Positions 25,992 to 38,908 of a stretch of 64,000 nucleotides of DNA are shown piece after piece. Position 1 is the stretch's first letter, and each line of letters begins with the position of its first letter. This stretch comes from Prorocentrum cordatum (lineage: Eukaryota): the NCBI GenBank assembly GCA_963575745.1, contig CAUYUJ010000003.1:1178001-1242000 (forward strand), in the 5' to 3' direction. The position numbers were made by a program, and so were the translations under genes. A model generated the notes under the pieces. That model made no database searches. It saw only the letters and a list, made by a program, of their open reading frames with translations, and was not told where the DNA came from.

Positions 25992-28501
25992 CCTCGGCAC
26001 CTCGGCGGTGGGGAGCCTTCAACAAGTAAAGTTCTGACGGCGCAGATAGGGAGGAAAGGGAGGGGTGTGTAGCCCTCCCAAGCGGGGTCCGAGCATCTGG
26101 GGTCGGAGGGTCGCACCGCATCGCCCGTGCATCGGCGCGGTGTTGGCAATGTATCGACGACATTGGCGTGTAGAACATCAAGCTCCACTTCGAGCCGCAC
26201 GCCCGATGAGTCTGCGGTGCGAGCCAGTCCTCTGGCCCACCTTACCTGACCCCGTTCGGGAGGTGCGGAAGATGCTACAAACAAGATACTACCGAAGGAA
26301 CGCTGGAGGAGTAACGAAGCCCCGTTCTGGCCCCTGCAGGGGCCTGGGCGCACAAGGAGCGCCAGAGGAAACAACCATGGAGGGCCGTAAGGAATAACGA
26401 CCCCCTTCCGAACCCGAACTGTTCCTCACTTCAGCGTCTCAACGGCAGGTCCTTTCATAGGGAGCAGAAAATCCACCATCACGATAAGCACCCTGACAAA
26501 CGATGCCATCAAGTAAACGCACCAAAAAGAGTAATCGAACAGGGCAGTGATACTTTGTACACGCTCAGGGCCGTTTTGCAAACGCAAATTATCGGTGTCG
26601 GGTGGTTTTGTCCTTCCCTGACTCAACTTCGCGAGTCGCGCGGCGCGCAACGGAGAGCACGGTACATTGCCCGCTCTTGCGCGCAACTCCCCCTCCGAAG
26701 AGGAGGACAACTCTCCCTCCGAGCGTGAGGCACGACATGTCTTCGCCGCTCCAGCCCCTGCCCTGACTTCACGGAGAAGCAACGACTGCGCGTGGGTTCG
26801 CGGCAGGATCAGTCAGCATCGAATCGGGAAATATGCGAGGCGGGGATTCGGCGAGAATTCATCCATAACCACCGCCTGGGAGATCTATCGTCGGTAACCT
26901 CGGCACGTGGGGATATGGATAGGTTTGCCCCGCCCCCACCCTGGGCCCGAATCAATATCCATATCCACCGCCGGCAGAGATCCATATCCACCGCCTGCAG
27001 AGGTCTCCGAAGATCGATCCCCCAAGCGGTAGTTGTGGATAACATCCCCGTCTCGGACGATCGGATCACATCGGAATGTGCGTCGGCTCGGGCTGGCCGT
27101 CTCCGGAAAGTCGGAATCGAATCGGACTGGCCCCGCCAGGATGCACGACAATGCCATGCGAACATTAGCCAGCCGCCAGCCCCGGATCGCAGGATCGGAC
27201 TGGATCGGACCAGATCGGGCAAGACGAAGTCCGAAATCGATACCAAATCGGGTCGATCGGATCGAAGTGGACCCGGCACAAGGGAAACTCGCCCCCCGCT
27301 CTTCGGCGCCTCCTCGGAGTCTTTGCCGCTGCTGTTGGTCATCGCTGCAGAAGCGCCGCTCCGCGCCCGCGCCGAGGCCCTCTGGACCGAACCCCCCAGG
27401 GACAAGCACGGGACACCAGGTTCGCCCGGCTACACGCAATAGTGACCCTGGGCAAGAGTGGCCTTCGGTTGTCGACTCTCGGGGGCTGTGGGGAGGCCAA
27501 ACCCGAGCGCGCAAGACGCTGCTGCCGGGCGGGTGGCAATGGGGGGTGACCCAAATGGGGGGTGAAGGACAGGGCCCTCCGGTTCAGGCGAGAGGTCACT
27601 CTTGCGCGTAACCGACTCGCCCTGCAAGCTCGCCGACGACCTCCCGGGACCGGGCTCGGCGTGCGGGTATCCATCGGGGCCCGGGGGGGGGGACCTGCGC
27701 CCCCCACACCCTGAAGTACACCACCTACACACCAACAGCGGGGCATCTATGCCTTTACACCCACACCTGCACCTGTACCACCCATTCCCTACACGTATAC
27801 ACCCATACACCCATACCAACCACATACCTGACCACCAGCCTTGCCAGACTCATCCTGGGGCCCAGCTCAGCGTCTACGCCCTCATGGCCTGGGCAGGAAG
27901 CTACGTACGCCCCAACCGGCGCCGCCGATGAGAGGCCGGGCGCCTGGCAGACCTCCCGCGCCCTGTTTTTTTCCTGGCACAACGGCTCGATCATCCTCGG
28001 AACGTGCGCTCTTGAGGGAAGTCATAAGACGAACGCAGAATCGAGACAAAATCGCACCGGTACAATCGGAAATCTCTTGAGAAGCTGCAGTTTTAGAGGA
28101 TGTAATTATCGGGCGCGGCGGCCGTATCAGAGCGTTCCAGATTGGGCGGCGCTTCACGGGGGGGGGGGGGGGGCGAAAAATGGTGGGGGCGGGCCCAAAA
28201 AAACCTCTTCAGGAGCTCGAACAGGCTCCTTTTCGGGAGCCCTTGCTGCCCCACCCATTTATCGCCCCCCATGTCTTCCGACCCAGACCCCCAACGTCAT
28301 GATTTTTCCAAGACGTCGACCCCGAGAGGTCTCGACCCATTCCCCGGGACCGGTTTTTCAGCCTGAGTCGATGTTTGACAATCCCGAGGCCTGGCGAGGG
28401 CCCCTGAAGGCCGAAAATATAGAAAAACCTCCCGTCGTGTTTTTTTATGACTCGAAAGGGTCTGGGGATGCTGAGCGTTCCGGAAAGCTCTGCAACGGAT
28501 T

Positions 28502-28692
28502 TAGAGGCCTCCTAGATGTAGTCCGAGTACATGTGGTCGGAGGATCGCGCCGCATCGCCAATGCATCGGCGATGCATCGCCGACGTCGGCGTGGAGAAAA
28601 TCGGGCTCCGCATCGAGCTACATCGCCGATGTATCGGGGATGTGGCGCGATCCTCCGACCCCATCTGCTCGGACCCCATCTAAGAGGCCTAG
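28502..28692. mobile_element. MITE-like element, copy 1
   Basis: TIRs related to GAGGCCTCCCAGATGGGGTCC and internal GATGCATCGGC repeats. Confidence 0.7.
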
Positions 28693-28864
28693 ACTCCCGC
28701 TGCTGGGCCCGCCCGGGCGGGGCCAGCGGCCGCTGCTAGGCAGGCGACTATCGCCCCTAAAGGAGCAGCGCCAGCGGCACCGCCCACAGCGAGCCCTGCT
28801 CAGCAGGTGCAGCGGAGAGCTCTGCAGCGGACTCGTCCCGAGGCTGGGCGCGCCCGGACCTCAC

Positions 28865-29300
28865 CAGTGATCCTGGCCAGGCCCAACCCTGAGCCCAAGA
28901 TCGGTGCATACGCCCTCCTGCCTTGGCCACGAAGGCATATGCACCGATCCTGGGGCCAAGGATGGGCCTGGCCAGGACCGGTGCATGTGCATAGTTCTCT
29001 TCGCCCGACAGTCCTAGGCGCGGGTGGGGCCCAGGACCGAGTCTCCTGGCTGGGCCCCTCGGCGCACGTGCGCCCTCCTGGCCTGGCCTGGGAGGCTCAC
29101 GCGCCGACCCTGGGCCCGGGAGGGGCCCTGCCGTGATCGGCACACTTGCACGACTTGCCATCGCTCGGACGTTCCCTCCCCGTGCATCGTTCGACTTCGT
29201 GCGTGCATCTTTTCGCAACTCGATGGTCCTCGCCGAGAAATAGGGCACACGTCCGAGCGATGCCAACGATCCTGGGCCCGGGATGGACCCTGGCGGTGAT
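28865..29300 (+). repeat. Degenerate tandem repeat containing GATCCTGGGCC(C/A)GG motifs
   Basis: Motif recurs near 28869, 28946, 29109 and 29269. Confidence 0.55.
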
Positions 29301-30114
29301 CGGCGCGCTCGCACAGAGAGGAGCGGGCGTCGACGGCTGGCCCGGCCGTGGGAGACCTTGGGGGGGCGGCGCCCGGCAGCGCGCACCCGAAAGAAAAAAC
29401 CAAAAGACTCTCGAGCAGGCGGGCGGGGAGTCGGCGCGCCGCGGGGGCCCCGAGCGCAGGGCAGCTCAGGCCAAGGCGGCGATCCTGCTCGGCCGCCTCC
29501 CCCTCGGACCGGCAGCAGCCTCGCCCTCCACCGCGTCCGCTGGGAAGAGCTGCGCAGGGAGATTCCAGAAATGGCCCCAGACGGGGCCCCAGGAGTGCCC
29601 TGGAAAGCCCCCAAGACCGACGCTGTCCCCTCCTTTCGGCGGAAAGCGTTTCCTTGAGCAGTCCGTTCAGGCAAGAGCCCCGTCTTGAAAACGATCTGCC
29701 CCCATCTTTCTAGAAATGACAATCGGAGATTACATGACGGCTGGAAGAGAACTATCCAGCGAGGGTTCCGCTTTGAGAAAGAAACGCCCTTCGTCAGAGT
29801 TCTACTGCTACAGAATTAATCGCAAGATCCTGGATGTGAAACTCTAGGACGTATCAACAAAACTCCATTATGCACAGGAGTAGCCATGGATTCTGAAAGG
29901 CGACTTGCCCAACGGCCAAAAAGACGAAGGCCCCATCCCCGTTGACCATTACGCAAACAGTGTACTGGCAAACGGCGTCGCACATGAGTGACAACGGCCA
30001 CCACCTGCCAGAATCATGGATCAGTGCGAGAAGTGTCGTCGCGTCACTACGTCAGTTGAGTGTTGCCCACAAGTCGCGTGGGCGGGATGTGCTCGAGCAT
30101 TTTTTATAGATGTA

Positions 30115-30164
<50 letters not shown>

Positions 30165-30854
30165 CAATGCCCCACACTTCTCACTCGGTGCAGTCTGCGA
30201 CTACTGGCGAAAAGCGCAAGAGACGAGATAACACGTGTGGAATAACCTGACATGGCAGATTCCCGCCTCCACCGTGTCGACGCCTCAATGTGATCGCGGG
30301 TGCAATGTAAACTCAAATTCGCGCGTGCGTAGCCCACACTGGCACATAATGGTGGGACTCGCACTGGTGCCCAACACAAGTGGGGAGGAGGGCGAAGGAC
30401 GAAGAGAAGGAAGAGGGACAAGAAAGGCTAGAGACTGGAACACAGGCCCGCCATACATCGCGCGATGCGGTAATCAAACACTGGGTCAAACTTGACGTGT
30501 AAGGGAAGAGGCGGCAGGAACGAAGGAGGGCAGAAGCGGCGGCAGCAGCGGCAGCAGAGACGGCGGAGGAACGCGGGAGCACGGAAGAAAGGAGGCGTCT
30601 GGAATAAAAGACCTCGCATGTACCCATCGAGGGTTCCCTGGCCACGAGGCGCGACAAGGAATCGCGTGCCTCGCCGATCGACGCTGCAATGGAGCAGTGC
30701 GGGCTGGCCGGTTTCCGGCCACCTGCCCCGTACGAGAGTCAGGGGTGAGAAGACAACAAGCAACCGGTGGTGAGACTGGAGGCCCTCTGCCTCGAATGCC
30801 CAATCCCCCGCAGGGGGGCCACAAGCCCGAGAAAGCAGAGGACCCAAACCCCGA

Positions 30855-30907
<53 letters not shown>

Positions 30908-31245
30908 CGGGGGGGGCACGGAGGAAGGAAGCCAGGAAGGGGGGGAAGGAGCAGGAACAGGAGGGGGAAGAGGGAAGGGAGAAAAGAAGGGAAAGGGGCG
31001 GTCCCTTGCCTCCCAAAGCGCGGGGCCCCCGGGGAGGGGCAAGCAGCTGGCGCCAGCTGGCTGCCAGCCAACACCGGGCAACAAATCGTGCCCCCCCTAC
31101 ACTGACACAAGCAATGGCGACGCAGCTGCTGGCCATGGCCCCGAAAACCGGAAGTGGCCCCGGACTCGGGCAACACCTACTACTACAACTACTCATGGAC
31201 AAACAGAAGAGCACCACTGGAATTACCCAAATATAAAAAGCAGCA

Positions 31246-31268
31246 CTTGAGCACTTGAGCCAAGTGGC
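31246..31268 (-). other. Dinoflagellate spliced-leader-like relic GCCACTTGGCTCAAG-TGCTCAAG
   Basis: Matches the 3' part of DinoSL (CCGTAGCCATTTTGGCTCAAG) with one substitution and one deletion, followed by a second GCTCAAG. Confidence 0.55.
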
Positions 31269-31392
31269 AGACATTCGGGCGGTTATAACGATAAGAATTC
31301 ACATGCAAAACGTATCGGCGTTGCGCTGGGGGGCAAGAGCAGGCGGGACAGAAGCAACAACATACCCAAGCAGTGGTGGGCGAAGCCTGCAG

Positions 31393-34300
31393 CTACGGGA
31401 GGCCCGCCCTGGCGGCGCTCAGAATCTGCATGCCCGCTGGATGCCCGCGCACTCCTTCATGGGCACGCTGGAGAAGTAAGTCCTCCAGTCGACCGTGCAT
31501 CGGGTGGCCGCGCCGCAGCATGCGCAGCGCCGCGTACAAGGCGTACCTGGCGATCGCCCAGTCCTGGCGGTGGCGCGGCGTAGACTGCGCGAGCCCACTC
31601 AACCTCAGCAGCCTATCGACTGGGGCAGCCTCCGGAAGCCGCAACTTCTGACAGGTAATTTTGCGGAAAACCGGGCAAGTCGCGCAGTGTTCGACGCTGT
31701 CTTCGCCCCGACCACAATGAAGAAGGCGCGCCGCTGAGCGCCGCCTTGTAGCCCACCCTCTGCACAGGGTACGAAGCGTGGCCGCGAAGACGCGCGGCGT
31801 GGCGTGCGTGGACAGATCCTGCAGGACCTCCACGGCTCGGTTCACTCGCCGGCCAGTCAGCAAAGACACAGCCCAAGAGTCGAGGCGACGACGTAAGTGA
31901 CGATATGCTGCCTCGGCGCGGTCTGGCCGGAGCGCCTGATAGCAGGCGCGCTGCCACTGCCGCCGGGCCATCTCAAAATCGGCAAGTACACGGGGCCCAC
32001 TGGCCATAGCTAGATTGGGGCCACCCGCAGCACGTTGAACGTGGCCCTCCGCTCGCCCTAAGATGAACAGAAAGCTCGAGTCGAACCAGTGGGCCCAAAC
32101 GGCGGCTCGCCAGTCTGGGGGCTCGCATTCTTGCCGCAAACGAAGGTCCCGCGCGCGTGCTGCCACTCGGAGCCCTCCTGCTGGAAGAGCTTCCCAATTG
32201 AACACCCTGCTTTTCGCGGCGTCGGCCCATGCCTGGAAGTCTACGAAGTCGCGGGCGCAGCGCGTGCACTGCAGCTGCGCGAGGCCCCGCAATGCGTCTG
32301 GGTGTAACCACCCGCGAGGGCCAGGCAGCAGATGGGCGAAAGCCCTTCGTTCGTGGTCCTCCCACGTGTCCGGGGCGTCATCAAGCTGCGCGAGAAACGA
32401 CACCACGGGGGGTATGCACGTGCTGCACGCCGCCAAAGACAGGGCCATGCCGCCCCCAATGGTCCTCCAGATTGCTGCTCGCCCATCGTATTTGCGTAGC
32501 GCCTTAGCCCGATATTTGGCCTGTCGCTCGGGCCCGATGACGAAGCCGAGGTGCGCCGCCGAGAAGGATATGCTGAAATCCGACCAAGCAGGAGCGCGGG
32601 GACATAATCGAGCGCGCTCCCCCTCTACATCCACGGGATACAACGGGATCCATTGAGATTTCCCGCGGCGCAGCTTCGAGCCGGAGACGCGGGCATGCTC
32701 GTCGAGCATCGGATGCAGAACCTGCGATGCATATGCACTATTGGGGGGGACAACGGCGAGGTCGCCAGCATATGCTCGCACCAGTGCCCCTGGCAGGGCG
32801 CGGGCGACTCGCCGAAACAAGATGTCGTCGGCCACGGCGAACAATTGCGGTGATAGCGGGCACCCTTGCCGGATGCCCGAGTCCATCCTGAAACCGCTGA
32901 ACCTGGCGCCGCCGACGGAAATGATGCACGTCGTGTCGTGGTACAAAGCGCGGATGAAATGCAACGGCCAGGTTGGCCGGTCCAGCGATTCGAACAATTT
33001 GTGCATGAACTCCCTGCTGACGCTGGGGAACGCCGCCGCGAAGTCGAAGAGCACGGCCGAGGCGCGCTCTTCGGAGAGCGCGGCAGCCTGCATGCCCTCA
33101 TCCATGTCCACGAGATTCGACAGCATACTGCGCCCACCTATGAAGCCTCGTTGCATGTCTGAGATTTCCGGGGGCGAAGTGCGTCTCCACTCTGAGCCGA
33201 ACAGCGCCTGCGAGTAGCCCGTTGTCGGTGTTCGTGATGCTGAGTGGCCGGGTGTTCTCTGGCATGTAAACTGGATTCCCCGCTGCGTCTGCGCCGTCTG
33301 CTTTCTTAGGTAAAAACACCATGAGGCTCTGGTTGAAGTTCTGGCACTCCTGCTGGAGGGTGGCGAGGCCACTGGGGCCCCCCAAAGCGCGGAAAGATTT
33401 GCGCGGCACGTCCGCGGCCAGCTCCTCGATAGCGCGCCATGCGCTGAATGGGGTGCCATCCGGGCCCGGGGCCGACTGCGACGTCTGCCGAATCGCCCTG
33501 GGTATGTCGCCCCTGGCCAGCTCCCAATTGGGGGGGCGGCGGTCTCGCGCAGCAGCCACTTGATCGACGCGGCCCTCCCGAATCCATCGCTGCCGAGAGG
33601 TCTGGCAGGTGGGGCGAGCTCGAAAATGCTGTTCCCAGTGCGTCCTTAGAGCCCCAGCCATGCCCTCCGGGTTATTGTGCACCACGCCGTCGGTAGTCCG
33701 CACAGCCTGCAGCGCCGCTCCGCGCCCAGGCGCAAGACGCTGCAGGAGCCGCACGTTCTTCTGGCGACGAGCGGCCGCAGCAGAGGCTGAGAGGGCAGGC
33801 AGGCCCCGACGGGGCTTGCCCACCTCATCCAGCGCACGGTCCCTGGAAAGGTCCGTCGCGTGAGCTTGCACCCTGCGAAAACAGCTCACCCCTCCTCCAA
33901 GACTCTCGTGCGGGTTTCTCACGAGGCTGGCGAAAAGTGGGTACGCAGTGAGGCACTCGTTGATGCGTCCGACACGTCGGTGCTCCAGCGCACGCGAGAA
34001 CTTCATTGTGATCCCCGCCCTGTCTTCGAGGGACAGTGGCCCGTGGGTTCCTGCCAACGAGTGCTCGAGGTGTCGCGCTGCATCTTTCATGGCGAACTTT
34101 AGTAATGGTAACATCCCGATGTCCGACAAATTTGAATTGTCTTGCTCCAGCCGCTGGACGGCCACTCCCGCTTTTGAACGACTTGCTCAGACATTGGCCG
34201 CTGATCTTCCGGAAGGAATTGCGATCGCCGCCGGGATGCAGCCACCGCCCGATGAGCGGACAAATGCGGCACCCATTCCAAGGCCGCCCGTTGAGTACGT

Positions 34301-35060
34301 CTGTCGAGCTGGTCAGCAGCATGCTGATTAGAGTAAATGCGATCCAGTCGAGACCGCGCCTGCGCAGAGGCATGCGTCACCTCTGGCTGAAAAAACTCGT
34401 GCATTTGAAACGGGTCGAGTAGCATGCGCTTTCATTGGGTTTCCTCGGAACGGTTTGGGTTCCCCGCGCTGGCGGCCGTAGTCAAGCAGTGCCGGTCCTC
34501 CACACGAGTCGCCCAAGTGAAGTCCCCTGCCAGGAGCGTCAGGGAGACATCGGCTGGAAGAAAAACATCAGCGAGCCGCCGACGGACAACTTCTCTGAGG
34601 CTCCGCGACGAACGCGGGAGTTGGGGCAATGACTCCAGGAGCCGCGCGTCCCCCTCCAGAACCTCCGCGCCGGTCGGGAAGTACACCGTGACAACGTCGA
34701 GGTTCCCCAGCGGGCCTCGGAGATGTAGAACAGCCGCGCGCCCAGGGACGACCACCTGCCATCGCGTGCGGGAAGCATCAAACTGCTCTAAAAACCCATG
34801 TTGGACTGCGACGCCGACCCCCGCAGCCAGCGGCGAGGCCCATTGAGACCACCATGAAGTACAGCCTTGCGGCTCCCGCCAACCGTGGTTGCCATCCAAG
34901 CTGCCGTGCGTTTCCGTCCACGTCACGATAGAATGCCTGGCTGCCAGACGATGTGCGTACTGAACTTTACGATGCTGGCGGTTGCAGTCCTGGGCGAACA
35001 ACGCTTGCCTGTTCCATGTGGCACTATCGTACGTCTCCCAAATAAGGCCCATCATGTTGC
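31393..35060 (-). pseudogene. LINE ORF2 (AP endonuclease, reverse transcriptase, Zn-knuckle-like end) with at least 3 frameshifts
   Basis: APE: ATWN, ETH, GVGV, VYFPTG, LAGDF, RLDRIY, SAHRAV. RT: RPLSITNTD, QRGF, LFDFAAAFPSVS, SGIRQGCPLSP, AYAGDL (decayed YADD). C-terminus: HCGRGEDSVEHCATCP. Confidence 0.92.
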
Positions 35061-35513
35061 ATAGATCCGGCGGCAGCCGGCAGCGGCCTGACCGAGCGCG
35101 AAGGAGTTGCAGACGCCTGCCGAAGAAGGTCACCAAGCGCCTGCCGAAGGCGAGCACGACGGTACACACATAGCGGGGCGTCCTGCACCACTGCAGAACG
35201 CGGATCAGGTACAAGCTGGTCATCCCGAAATACCAGGCGAGGAATTGGAGGCTGTAGATGTTGATGAAGGTGAGGTGCAACACGACGTGGGAGATTAGCG
35301 TCCTCGCGGGAATGGGGGTGTAGAGGAGCAGCGGCGTCGGCGGCAAGAGGAGCATGAGGATGGCGAATTCGTGGTTGAGGTCCAGCAGGGACGCGGCCAG
35401 GAGCAATCGCCCCCACCCAGGAGGAGGGTGGAGGGCAAAGACGACGTCCACTGCGAAGAAGCTCTCACCAGAACGTGCAACTATCTGAATTCTCAAGCCG
35501 TGGCCCCCGCCAT

Positions 35514-37682
35514 CTAGCGGCGAACGGGGGCTGGGCCCACGGCCGCCCGCCCCCGTCTGCCGTTCCCCGAGGCAGTCACGGCGTCGTGCGAGTCGGAGTG
35601 GACGGTGACCGTGACGAAGCCGGAGCCCACGCTGATGCTCCGTTCGTGCAGGACCCGCTTCACCGTGCCCACGTCTTCGACGGCGTGGAGGTACAGGCGC
35701 GCCCGTCCAGCAGTGGCAAGGGGATCGATGCTGCGCAGATTGACCCACTCACCCCCACGAAGCGCAAGGGGCGACGCTGCCTGCGTGAGCTGCAGCCCTG
35801 CATGCTGGGAGACATGGCCCATGAGAAGGCGGACGACCTCGTCCTCGGCACCCCCCACCCCCCCAGAGAAGCGAAGTCCAGCCACGAAATCCACCGGGCG
35901 GGCGCCGCGATGGCCCGCACCACGGCGCCGCCGGCTGGCCGCGAGCTGCGCGGCAGTGGCCTGCGGCGCGGCCCACGGGCGGCCTCCGTTCACCGATGCT
36001 TTCCAACGGAGCTTAGTGAAGGCTGTCTCCGAGTCCGTCTGGATGAGCGCGTCCAGGATCGGCTGCCCTAGGAAAGTGGCCCGCGGGCAGAGATGCCAGA
36101 CCTCGCCCGCAGCCGCGGGAGAGTTCATCTCGCCGATGAGCGCGAGCGGATCGGCGCACAAGTCGCCGCCCCCGAGGATGACGCCGCCGAAGGCCAAGGC
36201 TCCACAAAGTCGCCGCATCACCAATCCGCGCAAAAGCGCCGACGCGGCAACCGGGAGCACCAGCCCCACCCGGACCCGCGGGAACGCCCGGGAGCTACCA
36301 GGGCTGCGGCTCGGAGGACGGCAAAGGATGCTGGCAAAGCCGGGGTCGGCTAATCGAAGCATCGCTTGGGGCATCTGGTCAGGCGGCGAATCGACGAAGA
36401 TCGACTCGACCGCAAAGAGCCGCAGGAGGGAGGCTGGAGGGCGCAGCAGCGTCGGCATGGCACGACCTCCTTGCACAGCCACTGTGAAGACTGCTAAGCC
36501 CTGCAGCGTGTGCCCCGGAGCGTGGGAGCCCGGGAGCACCATCTCCAGCGGCTGCGGGCAGAACTCCACCGCCTTCACGAGCGAGGCCCACTTCCCACCC
36601 AGCAGGGGGTGGTACCAATAGTCCAAAACATGCTCCACCGCGTCCATGCCCGGCAAGATGGGGAGCGGCGCGATCAGCCGTAGATAACCAGGAACTCCGC
36701 CGCCAGCCCCGCGGCGCATGAAAGCCGCCAAAATTCGGGACAAGGCATTGCTGTCTGAGGGTACCCAGGGAGTGGCAACTCTGTCCCCAAGTGTGGTCCA
36801 AAATTGGACGTCACCCTTTTCCAGGAGAAACGCGGCTGTGCGGGTCAAGGAGGGTTGGGTCAGCGTCGTGCTGTCGTGGTTCCCGAGCAGGCTCGACCAC
36901 TGCGCGCATAAGAGCTCCGTGGGCTGATTCTGGCTGGAGGCGAGGATCTGCAGCGCACGAGCCCCCAATTCTTTCCAGAGAGGCAGCCGGGAGGAACGCA
37001 ATCGTCGCCTTTCCCGGATCACGTCGTCCAACTGTGCAGCACAGGTGGCTGCACTCTGGCCGAAGACCTCGAAAGCCAAGCTGGCGGCATCAAGGTCCCC
37101 CTGGGGCCAAGGCATCTTCAGCGCATGGGCGCACAGGAGGCGCGCCGTGCGCGCCCTAGCCTGGATCGCCTGGAACGTAGGCTCGGGACCTTCCATTTCA
37201 CCGAAGCCCAGCCGCTGCCAAGGATTGGCCGACTCAATGTCGTAGGCCATTTTTCCGAGAAACCGCACGATGGCAGCCCATGAAGCGGGGGCTTCCACTG
37301 TAAAAACCCGCTGGTCTGGAGGGCAAAGAGACAGCGCCGCCCAGATGAGGTCGAAGTGGTCCATGACCTCTTGCTCCACGAACTCTTTGAAGGCCTCGAG
37401 CGGAATATCCCAGCCCATCCCAGGAGGTGCTGCGATCTGCATGGCCGCCGCGCCCGCCTGCAAGGTCTCCACGTTCTGCGTGGCACCGGAGTGCTCCAAC
37501 ACTAGCCCGGCAGCGGCCTGCGTCAGCCCGGAACCCTGCTCCTCTAGGTCCTCATCCATGCCCGGGGTCCCGGCCGGCGCCACCGCCAGGTCGTGCTGCC
37601 GATGCGTCAAGCATACGTCCAAGCCGGGCAGGGCGGGGCCGTCCACGCCATGGGCCGCGCAGACGCGGCAGCACCCCGCCAT
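35514..37682 (-). CDS. LINE ORF1-like protein, 722 aa, open
   Basis: Uninterrupted non-repetitive ORF from ACC-ATG-G (MAGCCRVCAAHG) directly upstream of the APE-RT ORF. Confidence 0.7.
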   Translation of the reverse strand: MAGCCRVCAAHGVDGPALPGLDVCLTHRQHDLAVAPAGTPGMDEDLEEQGSGLTQAAAGLVLEHSGATQNVETLQAGAAAMQIAAPPGMGWDIPLEAFKEFVEQEVMDHFDLIWAALSLCPPDQRVFTVEAPASWAAIVRFLGKMAYDIESANPWQRLGFGEMEGPEPTFQAIQARARTARLLCAHALKMPWPQGDLDAASLAFEVFGQSAATCAAQLDDVIRERRRLRSSRLPLWKELGARALQILASSQNQPTELLCAQWSSLLGNHDSTTLTQPSLTRTAAFLLEKGDVQFWTTLGDRVATPWVPSDSNALSRILAAFMRRGAGGGVPGYLRLIAPLPILPGMDAVEHVLDYWYHPLLGGKWASLVKAVEFCPQPLEMVLPGSHAPGHTLQGLAVFTVAVQGGRAMPTLLRPPASLLRLFAVESIFVDSPPDQMPQAMLRLADPGFASILCRPPSRSPGSSRAFPRVRVGLVLPVAASALLRGLVMRRLCGALAFGGVILGGGDLCADPLALIGEMNSPAAAGEVWHLCPRATFLGQPILDALIQTDSETAFTKLRWKASVNGGRPWAAPQATAAQLAASRRRRGAGHRGARPVDFVAGLRFSGGVGGAEDEVVRLLMGHVSQHAGLQLTQAASPLALRGGEWVNLRSIDPLATAGRARLYLHAVEDVGTVKRVLHERSISVGSGFVTVTVHSDSHDAVTASGNGRRGRAAVGPAPVRR

Positions 37683-38874
37683 GGTTGTGCTGAACCGGAA
37701 ATAACTCGGTTTACCCGCAATCGCCAACACTGCGGCGGCGCCGGCGCGCGCCGGGCTGCGGGCGGCGGCCGGTGAGCGGGCGTTGGGGTTGACGACTGCA
37801 AGGGCTCCGCCGTCAATCGGACCACACATGTTGTACCAAATGTATTGCGCCACGCAGATCGCCCCACACGGGCAACACCACACACACCGCGCCAACAAGG
37901 TCGCACCACCCAGCTCGCACCACACATAATACGCATCCAGGGCGCAACAATGCACTGTTCAGAGCTCACGTCAAACGTCATAGCCATCGTCGTCACCATC
38001 GCCACCAATGCTGTCAACATCGTCAGACTCAGAATCGCAAGGATTGCCATCAGTGTCATAATAGTCCCCGCGCCTCCTACGAATGCCATCCTCTCCTTCT
38101 CGCCTAGTCCCCCTTGCCTCCTCCCCACATGGGTTCCTTTACCTCCCCCCATCTCCCCCCCTCTCCCTGCGGGTCTTCTTTTCCGCGCAGCGGCGGTGCA
38201 CCTACGAAACAACACCGCGGCCCTCAGGAGGCCTGGTCCCGCTTCTCCCAAATGGCCCCGAAGCGCGGCAGCACGTGCCTGGGCGCGGAGAAGAAAAAAC
38301 GATGTCCCGCCAGCCCGTTGGGCGCAGGTCGTTCGGGGAGCCAGCTCGTCAAGATCCCCAATTTCCCCTTCGGTGAGGGTGCTGCATATCCCTTTCCCTT
38401 GGGTCTTGAGTGGGGGAACGGGAGGGGGGGTAACAGCCTAGATGGCCCTGGATAGCCTCAATGCGGGCCCCGAATAGCCCCATATCGATTCGGAAACAAC
38501 GAATGCTGCATGTGCTGGGCAATGATGACCCCCGCGTATCTCTTGTAGGCCCCCGACGGCCACAAGACCTCCTCCTCCTACTCCTTGTCCTCCTCCTCCT
38601 CCTCCTCCTCCTCCCCCGTCCTTCTCATCAGCCTCATCCTTGATCTGCCCTCCGTCGTCCTCCTCCCCGTCCTGTTCCCCCTCCTCCCCCTCCTCCTCCC
38701 CCTCTTCCTACTCCCCCTCCTCCGCCCCCTCCGCAACCCATTCCTCGACCTCCTCCTCCTGCTCCTCCTCATCATCGTCCTGCGCCTGTTCCTGCTCCTG
38801 CTCCTCCTCCTCCTCCTCCTCCTCGTCCACCTCCTCCTCGTCCTCCTCCTCTTCTTTCTCCTCCTCCTCCCGTT

Positions 38875-38908
<34 letters not shown>

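Larger units (their letters stand above)
31270..37820 (-). mobile_element. Near full-length non-LTR retrotransposon (APE-type LINE): ORF1 plus frameshifted ORF2
   Basis: ORF1, APE endonuclease, RT and C-terminal Cys/His motif lie in canonical order on one strand; 5' boundary approximate. Confidence 0.9.

Noticed and set aside
29700..30110. Lower-GC segment with peptide HNGVLLIRP
   Set aside because: One short motif with no supporting exons or splice context
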